Source: Oikopleura dioica (Eukaryota > Animalia > Chordata). Taken from it: a stretch of DNA of 64,000 nt. The stretch lies in assembly GCA_907165135.1 (NCBI GenBank), contig OU015568.1:2728001-2792000 (forward strand), given 5' to 3'. The notes under the pieces are model-generated. The model was given only the letters and a program-made list of their open reading frames with translations, made no database searches and was not told where the DNA came from. This document shows, in pieces, positions 62,213 to 64,000 of the stretch. Within the stretch, counting starts at the first letter, position 1. Every line of letters starts with the position of its first letter. The position numbers and the translations under genes were made by a program.

Positions 62213-63057
62213 CCATTCGGTCGTAGTTTCTAACTAGCTCCTAAAACTTGCGATTTAAAAATCCGAATTGATTCAGGGTCGTTTTTATTTTATTTTCTTA
62301 TTTTGAAAAATAGGCTTGAGATTTAGCAGTAGAAAAAATGTTCCCCGGGCTGCCCTCGGGAATATTTCGTGCGGGAACGCGGGCAAACCGCCCGTGCCCG
62401 TTTATGCCCGCGGGAATCTTCTCATTCATGCCCGTGCCCGTATCTGCCCGCGGGAAAATTTGTTATAGTGCCCGTGCCCGCTTGGCTCGCGGGAAAATTC
62501 GTTTTTGTGCCCGTGACCGTTTTTGCCCCCGGGAATCTTAAATATTCTGCCCGTGCCCGCCCGCCCGCCGCCCCCTTGCCCGGGAGCCGCAAAATTTCGA
62601 ACTCTGGGTCAATCAAGCCTAATATTCTAAGAGAAGTGATCGCTTCTTATTTTTCTTGACCTTTTGTCCCTCGCATTTGACCCCGTTAAAATTCGACGCA
62701 ATTCGGTGCGCTTGACATTTGCTCTACTTCCCAGTCACTTCAGTCTCGTAACTTCTCATATTATTTCGCCCTGACATAACATTTTGCATATTTAATCGAC
62801 AGTCTAGCCATGGAGCTCATCAAAAAACCGTTTTCCAATACAAAAAAATATGAAACTTTTGAGTCTTCTCGCCATCTCCTCGACCCAGGGCCAGCTTCTT
62901 TCCCGAGAAGCGTGTCCTGAAATCCCAAAAATTGCTGATTTTGATGCTGAACGATACTCTGGTCAATGGTGAGTTGTACCGGGGTATTTTCTTTTACCGA
63001 AATTATTTTCGTAATCCGAAATGACATAGGCGGATTTCCTCCAAAAGCCGGAGAATT

Positions 63058-63872
63058 GGGTGGAAAAATATAAATTTAACGAAATTACAAAATCTTTTCT
63101 CTCTAAATATTTTCAAACTTTGACTAGACGTGTTAATAGAACAGGTCAAGTTTCATATTCTCCGAGGAAAAAATCTGAAATTGAAAAGTCCTAAAGCTGT
63201 CTAACGGCAATTGAAGTACATTTCTACTGACGGCTCTAGCGTAAAAAGTATTCGTTGGACCGGCTTATTTTTTGACGGAAATATATTCTTGAGCGTCTGA
63301 AGTAAGACGCCAGCTATTTTTATTTCGTTTTGATTACGCAAACCTTCTCTTATCAGCGATCAAAGTCAGACGAAAATCGTGATGAGACGGGGAGCGCGGC
63401 AGTGACAATGCGGCACGGTGACGCTGTGGCGCACCCTAGCCAGGCACGAATGAAAATCTCATTCAAGCGATCTCGTTTTGAGCAACAGGGTAGGGTGGGC
63501 AACAGCGCCACCACGCCGCTTAGTCACCGCCACGCTCATCGCCACAGCGAAATTCTCACCTAACTTTGATTGCTGATAAACCGATGAAAAATAATCAGAA
63601 TTGTCAGGAAAATAGCTGGCGCCCTAGTTCAGACTCTCGAGAAAATATTTCCGTCAAAAAATTGGAGTCCCTAATGGGTACTTTTTGCACAATCGCTGTC
63701 AGCAGAAATTTACTTCAATGTCCTCTAGACGGCAAAAATACTTTTCGATTTCGATATTTTTTCTCGGAGAATATAGAACTTGACCTACTCTATCACAACA
63801 TCCAGTCAGATTTTTAAAAAATTAACGTAGAAACGATTTTGTAATTTCGTTAAATTTATATTTTTTCCACCC
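63058..63872. mobile_element. MITE with ~37-bp TIR and 3-bp TSD (PIF/Harbinger-like)
   Basis: GGGTGGAAAAATATAAATTTAACGAAATTACAAAATC and its reverse complement (one extra T) at 63835-63872; ATT on both flanks. Confidence 0.85.
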
Positions 63873-64000
63873 ATTAGAAATGATCCTTTATCCTCAAATA
63901 TCCACGTCATTGGGGGAATTCCGGAAAAGGTCATGTCCACTGTCAAAGCCCTACTAATCCGTCATGGTTAAGGTGGGAACAAGCTCGCTACCCGTATGCG

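Larger units (their letters stand above)
56606..62606. mobile_element. 6.0-kb non-autonomous hAT-type composite element
   Basis: 13-bp TIR CAGAGTTCGAAAT; exact 8-bp TSD GGTCAATC at 56598-56605 and 62607-62614; inverted subterminal CGGGCACGGGCA/CCCGCGGG arrays at 56615-56812 and 62345-62582; no transposase found. Confidence 0.93.

Overview
Gene-dense, ~40% GC eukaryotic DNA with many 40-130 nt introns and frequent GA/GG/GC donors. It is most consistent with a larvacean tunicate (Oikopleura dioica-like); this is an inference, no search was run. Left to right: the 5' part of a Cys-loop ligand-gated ion channel; a type II membrane olfactomedin gene with an intronic tRNA-Ile; two tandem EGF/C-type-lectin paralogues; a 13-kb FREM2/ECM3-like gene with a small secreted-peptide gene nested antisense in one intron; a pannexin; C-type lectins; three PLA2-fold pseudoenzymes; a nearly intronless myosin II heavy chain; a Lifeguard/TMBIM gene; two tandem carbohydrate sulfotransferases; a CUB-domain protein; and orphan secreted peptides. 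The right end (56.6-63.9 kb) holds nested non-autonomous DNA transposons loaded with satellites. Main leads: (1) fourteen non-GT introns in four unrelated gene families, each with its 5' end complementary (6-12 bp) to a tract just upstream of the 3' splice site. In five EGF-gene introns the exon resumes exactly 13 nt after the paired CCC, even where that position is TG rather than AG. (2) The olfactomedin protein contains a coiled coil plus a LINE-1 ORF1p-like RRM. (3) Nested hAT-type elements with exact 8-bp TSDs carry several tandem-repeat families. All gene models were spliced by hand and need RNA-seq confirmation.
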